This document shows positions 1 to 13,800 of a stretch of 64,000 bases of DNA, one piece after another. The stretch covers positions 3,348,001 to 3,412,000 of the forward strand of contig OZ210884.1 of the NCBI GenBank assembly GCA_964658305.1. The letters run 5' to 3'. How positions within the stretch are numbered: position 1 is the first letter of the stretch; every line of letters begins with the position of its first letter. The translations under genes were made by a program, and so were the position numbers. The notes under the pieces are model-generated. The model was not told the DNA's origin, ran no database searches, and saw only the letters and a list, made by a program, of their open reading frames with translations. Source of the stretch: Leptogorgia sarmentosa. Lineage: Eukaryota.

Positions 1-279
1 ATAAATAATTGCCGTCGACTGATTTATTCCCATTAAAATGTCAATTGGTCAAGTCATGACCAAGTGTTTCTAGAATATATTATATAATATATAGAAAATT
101 CATATGAACCATGCGGTCAAAAATATCAGGATTGGACAATGTGCTGCCCATATTGTTAACATTTGCTTACAATGATAAACAATATTTAACAATGTCAATA
201 TAATTCAATCATGGTTTCGTCTATACATTGAAACAAGCTGATCATTCTTTGCCGGGTTATCTCTACATATTTCACTGAC

Positions 280-1878
280 CTTTGCAAATTGTACCAGGAC
301 CAAAGAATCCTCCATTACAAGTACAGATATAGGATCCAAATGTATCCGTACACGTTGCATTGCCATGGCAATCATGCATGGGATCAGACACATCACATTC
401 ATTTACATCTAAATAATTTCAACGACTATAAATCAAGTGGCAAGCATTACATCTGATAGAATGGAGGTTTGTGGTTGGACGAGAAGCCTTTTTGCTACTT
501 AAAAAAATGATGTTCCCCGTACGATTTAGTTGAGTCACGTGGACATCACGCACCGTATGTTTTTAGCAATGCTTGTCAATCTCAATAATGGTTTGGAATC
601 ATTTTATGATCCCATTCGATCCACGAATTCCCTGTTATAGGGAACTATTTCTGACCGGCTATTTACACGCTGGAAATTGGAAAATCCAAGCTAAAGGTCA
701 AGAGTGGACAACACACTAACGAGAAAAGAACAGGATTATCGCAATCGAATATAGCGATTACGGATTGTCCAAATCGTGCAATTAAATGACGACAGCAAAC
801 AGTCGAATAAACATCACTTCACGCGTCGAACCCGTTTTTGCGCTTTCCGAGAAAAAAAATCATTGTAGTTTCTTCTAAACCAAAACACCAAAACAGTAAG
901 GAGGTACCTGTATTTCAGGGAAATATTGTAAAGTTGGTAGTACAAACTTCATACAAAAGTCAAATTTGCAGTATTTCTAGCAAGGCCAAGTGTGTACATG
1001 TGTAATATAGCCCGGAATCGAATTGCCCTTACTGTAACAGTGAGTTCCATTTCCGGTGAATCCAGTGTTGCAATCGCATTTATATGAACCAATAAAATTA
1101 GTACAGGAAGCGTTCACATCACAATTACTTTCGCCATTGGTACATTCGTTCTTGTCTAGAAAATGTGATTGATAAGAGGTTAAAAATTGAAATTGAAATT
1201 TTATTGAACTTTTATCCACGTTTTTTAGATTATTTTCAATTACACGCTTTTCAATTTACAACGACACATTTTCCTTTACGAGAACACAAAATGTGTTTAA
1301 TGCCTGCTGCGGGTTTTGAGGACACACACTGAGCGTAACATCACAGTATTTGCGTCATATCAGATGTCAATCTTTCTTTGAATGCGTATATATGTAGGCT
1401 ATAATGTTTATTTGTAACAACATGCTAAATGATAAATTAATTGTATTCCTGCTTTCTTGGACACAATCCAAACAGTACTCGCTACCAATTCATTTTTTAC
1501 AGAGATTCATTGGGGAAAAATTTTTAATACCGTAATATATTGCACTCAAAATTTTCGTCTTCAAATGTTCCTCTTCTCTATAGAGGCTATTTGGGGTAAA
1601 AAATAAAGTCCTAGTTTCATTAATTTGAAAATACCCCGCCGAGAATTTAGTAGTTTTGTTTTCAACGCGCGATTATAGGTGAAAGCAATGAAAATTATTT
1701 CCCGTACCAATGCTGCAGTGTGTTCCATTCCCTGCAAATCCTTCGTTACATGTGCAATTGTAAAAACCAGCAGTATTTGTACACGTAGAGTTGGCGTGGC
1801 AGTCGTGATGTGTTCCTGATGTGTTCGTACATGTTGCATTTCCATCACATGGTATAACGCTTTGGCACTCATCGATAT
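280..1878 (-). CDS. Gene B EGF exons of the fourth, partial repeat unit
   Basis: Fused EGF exon 1708-1878, then 1033-1155 and 280-408; all phase 1-1. The gene continues off the left edge. Confidence 0.85.
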
Positions 1879-4800
1879 CTGAAATAATACATGTGAATGT
1901 AATGAACATTTCAGTTTTCTCAAAATTAGTCATGATTTTAACACAGATGATCTAACATGCTATTTCGGCAAATGTCATGGGCATACGGTCTGCAATTTTA
2001 AGGGGGGGGGGGGGCAACGATTTGAAAATACTAACTCCAGTAATTAATCTTTTGTACGCTCCCTGAGGTGAACAAGTAAAGGATTGTTGATATTACTTTA
2101 CTCCTCAAATTTTTGCCCGCGTTATGCTCAAAATTTTCGCTTTCCTTTTTTTCAGTTCGGCTGTTGCACCACCTGCCACCCTCCACCCTTTCGCCTCATA
2201 TGCCTATGGGTTATGTGGAATAATCCGATAATCCAATGTAGAAACTGGTAACTTTACAAATTCGAGCCGTATGTAAAATTTTTGGTATGAATATTATAAG
2301 CGAAAGGACAAGGAATTGTTCTCATTTCCAAACATAAAACGGTACTCCTTCTTTGTATTAATTAGGAAACCCATCTTATTGGTTTTTACTTGGTCACGTA
2401 TTATTTCAATAAACTTCATTTTACTTAACCCATAAAAACACGTCTGATTTTCCTCGAGCCCCACCCTAATTCCCGACGAAGGGTTTTTGCTCGAACATAT
2501 TCTCCAAAATTCACGCACTTTGCTGATGATTGGATGGTCATGGTCTTACCTTTGATAGTTACTGCTGTCAACATGTTTCCACTTAGTTCATATTGTCCAA
2601 GGGAAACTCCAGTAGAGTTAACTGTAAGTTCAGACTGTAGGGCAGATTGTACAGATGATTCAGTTTCATTGGTTGCAGCTTCATCAAGTGATACCAAGAA
2701 CGAGACAATGACCGATCCATCTCTGTCATCGTGAATACAACAATATTAAAGGGTTATTGACTGAGGGTGAGGTCTGTACTGTGAAATATCAGACCGAGGT
2801 TTTTTAGTATGGACCGGGCGACGAAGGAGCGAGGTCAATGCAAAAAACAGAGGTCTGATATTTCACAGTACAGACCAAACAAGCGAGGTCAATAAATTGT
2901 TTATTATATGGCTGAATTGAGTATTAGAGCATATGCTTTTCGCGCGAATTCAATCGGCTATCATCAGTTTCACTGGGTAACAGTATACGGTAGACATACA
3001 TGCTCAATCTACAACAATTTTGTTGTTTATAATTTTATCTTAAATTTGAAAATTAAAAAGCAAAAATCATTTCTGTTTGCGAAGCAAAATTTCCCGCAAG
3101 GTAAACGACATCCGGGACACCGGTCCAGATACGGAAAATACGGACCACGGTCCGGATATGGCTTTTTACGGACCGCTTGTCAACCAATCAGAATAGAGAA
3201 TTTTGAAAAGCCATATAATAATAAAGGGTTATTGACCGAGCGTGAGGTCTGTACTGTGAAATATCAGACCGAGGTCTGATATTTAACAGTACAGACCGAA
3301 CAACGAGGTCAATAAACTGTTTATTATATGGCTGAATTGAGTATTTGAGCTTATGCTTTTCGCGCGAATTAACATCGGCTATCATCAGTTTCACTGGGTA
3401 ACAGTATACGGTAGACATACATGCTCAATCTAAAACAATTTGGTTGTTTGAAATTTTTATCTAAATTGGAAAATTAAAAAGCAAAAATCTTTTCTGTTTG
3501 CGAAGCGAAATTTCCCGCCAGATAAACGACATCCGGGACACCGGTCCAGATACGGAAAATACGGACCACGGTCCGGATATGGGTTTTTACGGACCGCTTG
3601 TCAACCAATCAGAATAGAGAATTTTGAAAAGCAATATAATAATAACCAATATTATTTAATTTGCAAACGTTTCAATTGTTCCGAATATTATAAGTTTTCT
3701 TATTAGCTTTTTAAGACAGCTGAGTACTAAAATCAATTGCGTGCTGAGCACGGAGAGTTACACTACATTTGCTGTCGATGATAATAAGTTGCGTTTTTAT
3801 AATAAGGGATTATGCACGGTTTCAATCATAACAGAACTAAACACTATGAGACAAGCTAGCTTGCATGGACATAAAATGAAGTAATTACACCATGTTTGTA
3901 TTACACTAATAATTGAGTTATGTGCTCGCGGCAAAAAGCCATAGCGAGACCCATAATAGGGATGGTGTGGGTATTATAATTATGGTCGTTTTCACATACT
4001 CTAAATGAAGCGATTTATAAAACCAGTAATGAAGAACAGGAATATAATATATCATCGAACATGCTACGCCTCAGCCTAAGGCTTATTACATTCACTAAAA
4101 GTACCTGTAGCCGGTCACTTGACATCCTCTGTATCGATTTGAGAGTCGACTGCGTCCAAAATATAAGTTAATCTACAACGAAACAAAAAATATGTTTCAT
4201 AATAATGGTAGTAGCTGGGTCCACTCTTTTCGCGCCAACAATGTGCAAAAGTGGATGAATGAGTAAATACTTGGAGTTCAACAAGGCAATCGTAGTCCAA
4301 AGTTAAAATTACTCGAGTTACAGATATTGTATTTCCCAATGGTCGAAAAAATATGTAGCTACATTGCTGGTCAGGAAGCAGCTGCACCCAAATGACAGCT
4401 AAACCTTTTTTCGGCAGATAAATATTAAATTTTGCCGACTGAATATGGGGTTCAACTTAAACTTGTTCAACTAAAACTTTGAAGAATTAACATTGACGTA
4501 CAATCATGCACGAATTAGCTGATACAAATCTATATAATTATCTAGGATGATAGCCAAGGCAACTACAGAGAAGAGTATGCGAACTGCTTTCGACCTTGTG
4601 AGACGTGAATATTCGTCATTATTAATCATAATATAGTCAAATGATTTTCCCTTTTCTTGTTTTACATTCGTCAAGATCGTATCATGCGAGATTAGTGAAA
4701 TTAAGCGGTCTTCCTTTGTATAAGCATGCAGTAAAGGAAGAAAATACGTTTTCCACCGAGGCAATTGTGAGTCTCGGAGTAGATTTGCTTTCATATTTCC

Positions 4801-7800
4801 CAAAAAGCTAATCTGGCGGAAGGGCTCTCAAGCAAAACAAATGAAAATAAAGCTCGCAGATAAGGACGCCATATCAACCCAAAATGTGGTAAAGCAGGGG
4901 ATAAAAGTACCACCACTGACAGTACTGCGCTAAATATAATATTTCATGTATCTTCGTCTACCTGTTCCGGTTTTTTTTTGTCGCTTGTTGACTCTTATGC
5001 ATAATAAAATGCTTATTGGTTCACTGGACCCTCGGTTTTGCCCCGGGAAACATCAACGGTTTCAGATGAATGTGAAATGTCTGCTATCTTTGATTTCACT
5101 TCTCTTTTCAACCATATATACATCGTTTACCTGAGCAGACAATCATGTACAACTATAAACTTACCGATCTTTCGATTAATGAAGTAAGCCGTTGCCAATC
5201 AAGTGTAGTGGGATTTAGGAGATTACTATTAAAAACGATATTGGTGATAATAAAGGTTCCACTGAACTTTCTGGCGTCTAGGAATAAACATAACTTATTA
5301 CTGTCATCGACTTCAAACCATAACATTAATTAACTTATTAGTTATTTAGACATTAGTTTTCAAAGGCTGCTTCCGTAAATCAGTTTACAAACAAATGAAA
5401 TAATTTTGAAAATCCTGTACTTATCTTGTGAGAAACACGTGTTTCGTTTGATAATGATGATTGTAAACTTAACATTGTACAAAAAATTAAGTATCCGGAC
5501 TAGTGTATTATACTGTACGTAGCTATATATAAGGACTGGCACATCACCAAAACACAAGACGAGCAAGCTAACGTTGGCTAATGTCACCACGTTCAACGTC
5601 AAAACAAATTGCATTAACCATTATAGCTAAATTCTGCGAACAAAGGTCAATTCATTTCAGAAACATTTGAAAACAAATCGCACTTTGACTTGTTAAAACC
5701 ATTTTCAAGTGTTTCCAACGTTTTTTCGGCTATCAGACAATCTAATTCAACTAAGGCCGAATATGCATGATTTCATTTCTTTATGCTGCCGCATTCTGGG
5801 AAGGAAAATATTTGAGATGAATCATAAAACAAAATATTGTAAAATATTCTAGTACGAGGTTTTTCTCCGAGAAAAGGAGTATCAACTGCATAGACGAATT
5901 CTCTGATTGATTGACCACAACCATAAAAAATTTAAGTTTATAATCAACTTTAAACTCATGATACCATTCTCATGCACCTGTATGAATTGTCGATCTACTT
6001 ACTTATGCATTCACCATTTCTCAAAATTTGTCTCGGACTAATACAGTAACAACGTCTTCCCCCAATTTTGTCGACGCACCGTTGAGAACGGCCACAAGGA
6101 GACACATCACACGCATTAAGATCAACTACTAGATAAATTACATCATTGAGAGACGTGATTAAATGTTTGTTTTACTAGCTTTGCTTCTGCAATCTTTGCA
6201 AAGAAAAGACAAATCTGATTTCTTCGAGGTATCCAATGATCATACAAAAATGAGGCTGAAATGTCTTTTTCGGTTAATATATTATATTAATTGACAGTTA
6301 GCTACTGTGTATTTTTGATTCGGTATCTAACAGTCTACTCATATAAAAATGAACTTGATAAAGAGTAGACCCGTACCACTGCAAAATGTTGATAACGATA
6401 TACCTAACATGGAAATAACTTGGGCGAATGGAAAACGAGGGCCAGGGATTTTCAATTGAAATCTACTTAATTATTCCAATTACTTCCAATGCTGTTCTCC
6501 AAAAAAACCTACCAACATTAGCAGCTGGAGTTGGCTGACCATCTCTTGATAGAACATATTTATCCCTCAGTTTCAACTTTGTGACACCATTTTCTGTTAT
6601 AGATACCAATCCTGCACGGAATTGTCTTCCAATGAAATCATCCCCAACTTCATTTTGTGTTAGTGCTGGTGAAAAGTAGATATTCAGTGAAACTGCTGTT
6701 GCCGAATTCGTTCCAGTTCCGTCGCTGAAAATACCGATTGAAAAATAAAAATCAACAATGTAATTAATACTGAGCGAAAAATTGCTGAAGTGTTTAAGAG
6801 AGTCGAACGGAAGACTTAATAACATAACTCTCAAGATTAAAATACGTTTACTGGTTCTTGTACAAACACATTAATTCCTTTCAAATTTTTAATGCTATAT
6901 GAACTAGCCCAAGCTGTAAATCATTCGTCAGTTTCGCCAGTAAATTCAACAAAGAAATTTGAGTAGTAGAAGATCCATTTAAAAAAACTCATTAACAAAT
7001 GCCAATAATTTACCGAATAATCTTTTGTAGCTACAAAAAATCTTTATAAACTAATTATTTGGTTGCATTACCTAAAGTTAATCAAACGTGAACCCAGGTA
7101 TAGTCCTGATAAAGACGTTTGCATGAATTGTTCATTAGTCTAAAAAAGACATAATATGAAATTATTATTTTATTTAATTTTCGATTATCGCTCATTGCAT
7201 TAGCTGTAACAGTCCTTCTTACTAGATGTTACTATACAATTGAAAGAGATTTTGTGTCCGGCCAAAATAGCTACTGTCGTCATAACAAAATGCATTCCTG
7301 CATGGGTGATGGGTAAAATGTCTTCCACTTTTCGTTAAATTTGCAGTACAATATATAGAATAGGTGAAAACTAGTTGCGTTATAGATTAGTGTGTTACTC
7401 AAAAACTTTAAAAATCAAAAAAGCAATGACCGTAGTTTCATGAAATGCGCAATCCTTTATGCCAATATGTAGTACGTTTTTTTCATATTATGCTAATCAA
7501 GTCTTTCTCCCATAATCACATAGAGGGCAAAATGACTAAAACATGATCGGCTAATGAGGAGGACATTTTTGCTCAATTCATGGGGTAAAATTACTTGCCC
7601 CTGATTGGCTATACAAATTTCCGAATGTTTTGGGTTCATTTCACGTCGGACACTTAATGGCTGCCTCGAAGTATTTTTCGTGTGTGAAATCGACAAATTA
7701 AATTAGTTTCATTTTAGTCAATATTGAAGCAAATTTGTTGAATAAACCTGTCGTTTATATATAATTTGTATATCGTTTCATTTCATTTTTCAGCGATTTG

Positions 7801-10800
7801 TGTTTGAATAGCTAAATCTTCTCTTCGATGAGATTAACAGGTAATCGCGTAGGGTCGTTTTAAAATTAAAGTTTAATTTCACTGGTGTTTTTAAAGTTTC
7901 GAAATCGGACCTCGTCGCTTGGGGCCTTGTGCAATTTGAGAAACTTCGAAAACACGCTTGAAATTATCATTAATTTAACTCGGCCCTGCGATTATCTCTA
8001 CTAATTAAAAACTTACAGCGGTCTCCACATCCATTCGTAAATAAAGGAATAATTTAGACAATTCATTACTCAGGTCGCTGTGATAATAAAAACCTTCCAG
8101 TATTGTAAAACTCAGTTGGAAAACAAACGCATCTAAGACAAAAAACAACATTAGATATGGCATTCGTTGCGATTGCTTGCGCTGCGATAAGGCATATTTC
8201 ATGCGATTTCTGGAACGATTTTCTCCTTTTTATGAATGTGAAAGTGTAAAACTAGTGTCGAATGTTCAGGCGAGGAAGAGCGCACCCAGTACATTCGTTG
8301 GAAATCCAGTCTTCTCGCATCCATCACAACGAGGAAATCGCTCGTATCAACGGGCTATAATACACCCTTTTTGGAAAGCATAAGTTATGGTGCTTAACTT
8401 GGGAGCGAAGCTTAGTCGCTATAAGACTGGTCAAAATTTTCTATTTAGAAAGGAACAGAAATTTAAAGCGACTTTGGTGAAGAGTTTAAAATTTGTTCCA
8501 ACATTATGTGGTGTTGCTACCTGAAGCAATAGGTAATTGGTGCAGTACTTAGCTATAAGATTTGGTGATTCGACCTCTTTTTGAGTTATGCTTTTCAAGG
8601 CGATAAATTCAGTATATAAAAGTCCATTATATATGCCATAATCCAGAAAAGACCCACTTCGAAAACATTAAAGTAAGTATAGGATGAGCATACCTTCACA
8701 AATACTAGCATTGTTAGGCCATTGACCAAACGGACAGTCACAGTCATGACTTCCGTATAGATTTCTGCATACTCTTCCGCTTTCGCAAGAGGATTCAATG
8801 GCACATTCATTTATATCTAAAATGTAATCATCGTCTTAGATTCCTAATTTTCTCATTTTGCATAAGGTACTGTACATCATGAATATGACTTCAGCTAACA
8901 CTACCAATCACGAATTTCGAAAGTAATGAATGTGTTCAAATTTATCAAGTAATACCGGAAAATTGATCATGGACACAGGGCGTCAGCAAGTGGGGAACTT
9001 GGAGAGGGAGGGGGGGTGGGGCTGCGATTCCCTCAGGACAGCGAGGGGGGAGTGGGAAAGAGCGAAGGCGCGGGAGGGGGGGGGGTTCGTTGTTTATACA
9101 CTGCAGATTAGGAAATAAATTATGTAAATGTTAAGATCATTTCAGACAAAAAGGCAAAGCTTCAAGCGACAATCATTAATGGATCATCAATTTTATGTAA
9201 GTATGCGGCTTTGATTTAATAAGGAATTCGTCAGCTTTACGGTCGACTTTTAATTTGAATGTTCTAGCATTAAGCTAAACGCACAAAAAATGTATGAATG
9301 ACTGAATAATTGTATGTAAAAACAGCAATAGCCTACTCAACATGTAAGATCTATGGGCACCGAGAGAGTGAAAACTCATTTTTATAAGGAATCAATAGGA
9401 AATCAGTGGAAATTTAATTGAAACTCTACGTCTTTTGTCATTCATACATAATATACATGTTCATCAAAAAGACGAATTCGAAATGATGTAATGTAAACAC
9501 TACAACTATTAAGTTTCGCAAACATAAGTCTCTGGCTAATGTGAATACGGAAGGTATCATATTTTTAGTCACTCTGTATAAGTAAGAAAAATTTGAATAA
9601 AAATGTAAGTGCTTACCGGTACACGACGGGAATTCAAATCCGGGCTTACACCTATATTCACATCTTCCTATTTGGTCGAGACAAACTGCTGCATTTTCTG
9701 GACAACCGTTTGGTGAGCTGCACTCATTGATATCTGAAACGTGAAAAATAGATGAAGTCAAAATAGGTATCTCAAAATTTTCTAACTACATTGCGCCCTG
9801 TCGAGGCAAGAAAAATGAATCACAATGCAAAATGCCGCTGATTTTCAACTGCGGACGCCACAATTTCGCACATCTTTCTTTTGAGGCTATTGTTCACCCA
9901 ACAGATTGTGAGATTACAGATTTGTTCTGTACAGTAATTTTGAATCGTCGCATAGACACAGGCATGCAATAGCGTCAAGTGGCTACCTCCAAATAGTTTT
10001 TGCTTCGAAATAAAACTGGGTAAACTGCTGAATGAGGGAATCACTGGAAATATTGAAAAGTATAAAGAATACGCAGCCTTTATAAATTAGTTTATTGTCG
10101 TGGCAACTATAAACTTCAACATGTACATTCAATCTTCCAGCAGTTTGAAAAACAAGTCAGTCTAATAGATTGAATTCAGATTGACAAATACTATTTCAAA
10201 TTGCACTTCGATTGAAAGATTTTCAGTCGATAAAGACAACTGAGCATCGTTTCAATCTTAGCTAATTTGTAAAGATTTACAATTAATTCTAAGCCAATGA
10301 TTGATTTTTTTATTGATTTTTCTTTCAATGCCGCATGTGATTGATTTTCAATCGAAAGTGTTTGGTCCGTAAGAACAATCCTAAAGAGATTGTTTTTACG
10401 GATAAATAGATTGAATTTTCAATCGTTTAAATTTTGAGAGAAAAAACGACGATTAAACAATCTTCCTTACCGTAACAGTTCATGCCATCTCCAGTGAAAC
10501 CATAATCACACGCACAGGTATAAGAACCTGGCGTATTAGTACATGTTGCATTGCCATGGCAAGTATCACTACCACTGTCACATTCTTTAATATCTAAATA
10601 TTACATGTATAATCATATAGAGGGCAAAATTACTTGAACCTGATTGGCTAAATTTTCAAAATGTTTAAATTGTGTTCATTTCATGTCAGCACATTTCAGT
10701 ATTTGTCGCGTGTTAAATCGACAAATTGAGTTAGTTTCAAGCAATTTGGTGAAAATTTAAACACTTTTTTTGAATATATAAACCTGTCGTTCAGTATATA

Positions 10801-13800
10801 ATTTGTTTATCGTTTATTTCATTTCCCAACGTTTTTAAGCCACATTAATAACTATATAGTGCCGCAGGAAGCGCCGAATCTAAAATTCTAGCGATTTATG
10901 TTTGAATAGATCTTATCTTCTATATGATTAACATGTAATCGCATTGGGTCCTGGTAAAATTAAGGATTAATTTCACTTGTGTTTTCAAAGTTTCGAAACT
11001 TCGAAAACACGCGTGAAATTAATCCTTAATTTTACTTGCTCCCATGTGATTACCTATACTAATTTGGTAATAACCAATTTCGAAATTATATATTTTTGGC
11101 TGACCCGTTAAACAAATACCTCAACAGGTATTACCCGATATTTCTCAATTGAGAACATGGGTAATTCCCACGCTAGACCAACGTCCAAGTAGCCTGGCCT
11201 GGTAAAATATGAATAGTGATTGTCCGGTTCTATAATCATATGCATTTAGCGAGTCTAGGCTGGTCAGCAGCGAGCTGGAATTAACTCATGTGATATCACT
11301 GCAGAGCTTAAGTGAAATTACGTTATTAAGAACGGACTTTTTCTGTGGGTGGTGATGGGATATACATTGGATCTGACAGGAGACAAAAAAGAAATATCGA
11401 TATAAATAAATTTCAATACAAAAAAAATTTGAGCCAGACAATTACTACTCAGTTTTTCCAAAAAACATTTAAAAGCGAGGTAGGTGGTAATCTACTAAGA
11501 TATCAAAGTGTTCAAGATGCTAAGACATTTTTTAATTCGACCCTCAAGTGGAAATTGGCTATTTCACATTTCCAAACCTGTCTTAACGAAGTTAATATCC
11601 ATTCGTACACACGACTTCAAATTATATTACTAAGAATGTGTTTCGCATAGAGAGAAAAAAATGCACGTACCTTCGCAAGCCGTGCCATCCCCTGAATATC
11701 CTTCCTTACATTTGCAAATATAGGAACCCTCTGTATTTGTGCAATTTGCCTGGGCGTGGCAATCGTTCGTTGTAGAAGAACTGCATTCATCAATATCTAA
11801 AGACAAACAAATAAAACACAATTAGAAGTGTACTACAGTTATAAAAATTTTTATTCAGTATTCGTTTTGGTATAGATATTTTCTCTAATATAAATAATTT
11901 GTGCCGTCAACTGATTTATTCCCATTAAAATGTCAATTGGTCAAGTCATGACCAAGTGTTTCTAGAATATATTATATAATATATAGAAAATTAATATGCA
12001 TGAACCATGCGGTCAAAAATATCAGGATTGGACAATGTGCTGGCCATATTGTTAACATTTGTTTACAATGTTAAACAATATTTAACAATGTCAATATAAT
12101 TTAATCATGGTTTCGTCTATACATTGAAACAATCTGATCATTCTTTGCCGGGTTATTTCTACATATTTCACTGACCTTCGCAAACTGTACCAGGACCACT
12201 GAATCCTCCATTACAAGTACAGATATAGGATCCAAATGTATCCGTACACGTTGCATTGACATGGCAATCATGCATGGGATGAGACACATCACATTCATTT
12301 ACATCTAAATAATTTCAACGACTATAAATCAAGTGGCAAGCATTACATCTGATAGAATGGAGGTTTGTGGTTGGACGAGAAGCCTTTTTGCTACTTAAAA
12401 AAATGATGTTCCCCGTACGATTTAGTTGAGTCACGTGGACATCACGCACCGTATGTTTTTATCAATGCTTGTCAATCTCAATAATGGTTTGGAATCATTT
12501 TATGATAATACTTTTTTATTTTTACAGAACACAATAGCTTGATAATGAGAGAAACAGATCGATCCACGAACTCCCTGTTATAGGGAACTATTTCTGACCG
12601 GCTATTTACACGCTGGAAATTGGAAAATCCAAGCTAAAGGTCAAGAGTGGACAACACACTAACGAGAAAAGAACAGGATTATCGCAATCGAATAGCGATT
12701 ACGGATTGTCCAAATCGTGCAATTAAATGACGACAGCAAACAGTCGAATAAACATCACTTCACGCGTCGAACCCGTTTTTGCGCTTTCCGAAAAAAAAAA
12801 TCATTGTAGTTTCTTCTAAACCAAAACACCAAAACAGTAAGGAAGTACGTGTATTTCAGGGAAATATTGTAAAGTTGGAAGTACAAACTTCATACAAAAG
12901 TCAAATTTGCAGTATTTCTAGCAAGGCCAAGTGTGTACATGTGTAATATAGCCCGGAATCGAATTGCCCTTACTGTAACAGTGAGTTCCATTTCCGGTGA
13001 ATCCAGTGTTGCAATCGCATTTATATGAACCAATAAAATTAGTACAGGAAGCGTTCTCATCACAATTACTTTCGCCATTGGTACATTCGTTCTTGTCTAG
13101 AAAATGTGATTGATAAGAGGTTAAAAATTGAAATTGAAATTTTATTGAACATTTATCCACGTTTTTTAGATTATTTTCAATTACACACTTTTCAATTTAC
13201 AACGACACATTTTCCTTTACGAGAACACAAAATGTGTATGAGGACACGCTGTTTTAATGCCTGCTGCGGGTTTTGAGGACACACACTGAGCGTAACATCA
13301 CAGTATTTGCGTCGTATCAGATGTCAATCTTTCTTTGAATGCGTATATATGTAGGCTATAATGTTTATTTGTAACAACATGCTAAATGATAAATTAATTG
13401 TATTCCTGCTTTCTTGGACACAATCCAAACAGTACTCGCTACCAATTCATTTTTTACAGAGATTCATTGGGGAAAAATTTTTAATACCGTAATATATTGC
13501 ACTCAAAATTTTCGTCTTCAAATGTTCCTCTTCTCTATAGAGGCTATTTGGGGTAAAAAATAAAGTCCTAGTTTCATTAATTTGAAAATACCCCGCCGAG
13601 AATTTAGTAGTTTTGTTTTCAACGCGCGATTATAGGTGAAAGCAATGAAAATTATTTCCCGTACCAATGCTGCAGTGTGTTCCATTCCCTGCAAATCCTT
13701 CGTTACATGTGCAATTGTAAGAACCAGGAGTATTTGTACACGTGGAGTTGGCGTGGCAGTCGTGATGTGTTCCTGATGTGTTCGTACATGTTGCATTCCC

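Larger units (their letters stand above)
1..2246. repeat. Intragenic tandem duplication, unit IV (partial, truncated by the window edge)
   Basis: Matches about 11889-14215, 24366-26641 and 36914-40015. Confidence 0.9.

Noticed and set aside
2471..2500. Hammerhead-like string ccgacgaagggtttttgctcgaac (all three units)
   Set aside because: Both core boxes deviate (CCGACGA, GAAC) and there is no stem I; at most an eroded relic.
4294..4606. About 310 bp present only in this unit, as a transposon insertion
   Set aside because: No TIR or tail recognised; only a 3-bp cgt overlap, equally consistent with a deletion in the other units.
8977..9086. G-rich tract as a functional G-quadruplex
   Set aside because: The G-runs are on the strand opposite the pre-mRNA, vary between copies and resemble a MITE relic; no evidence of function.
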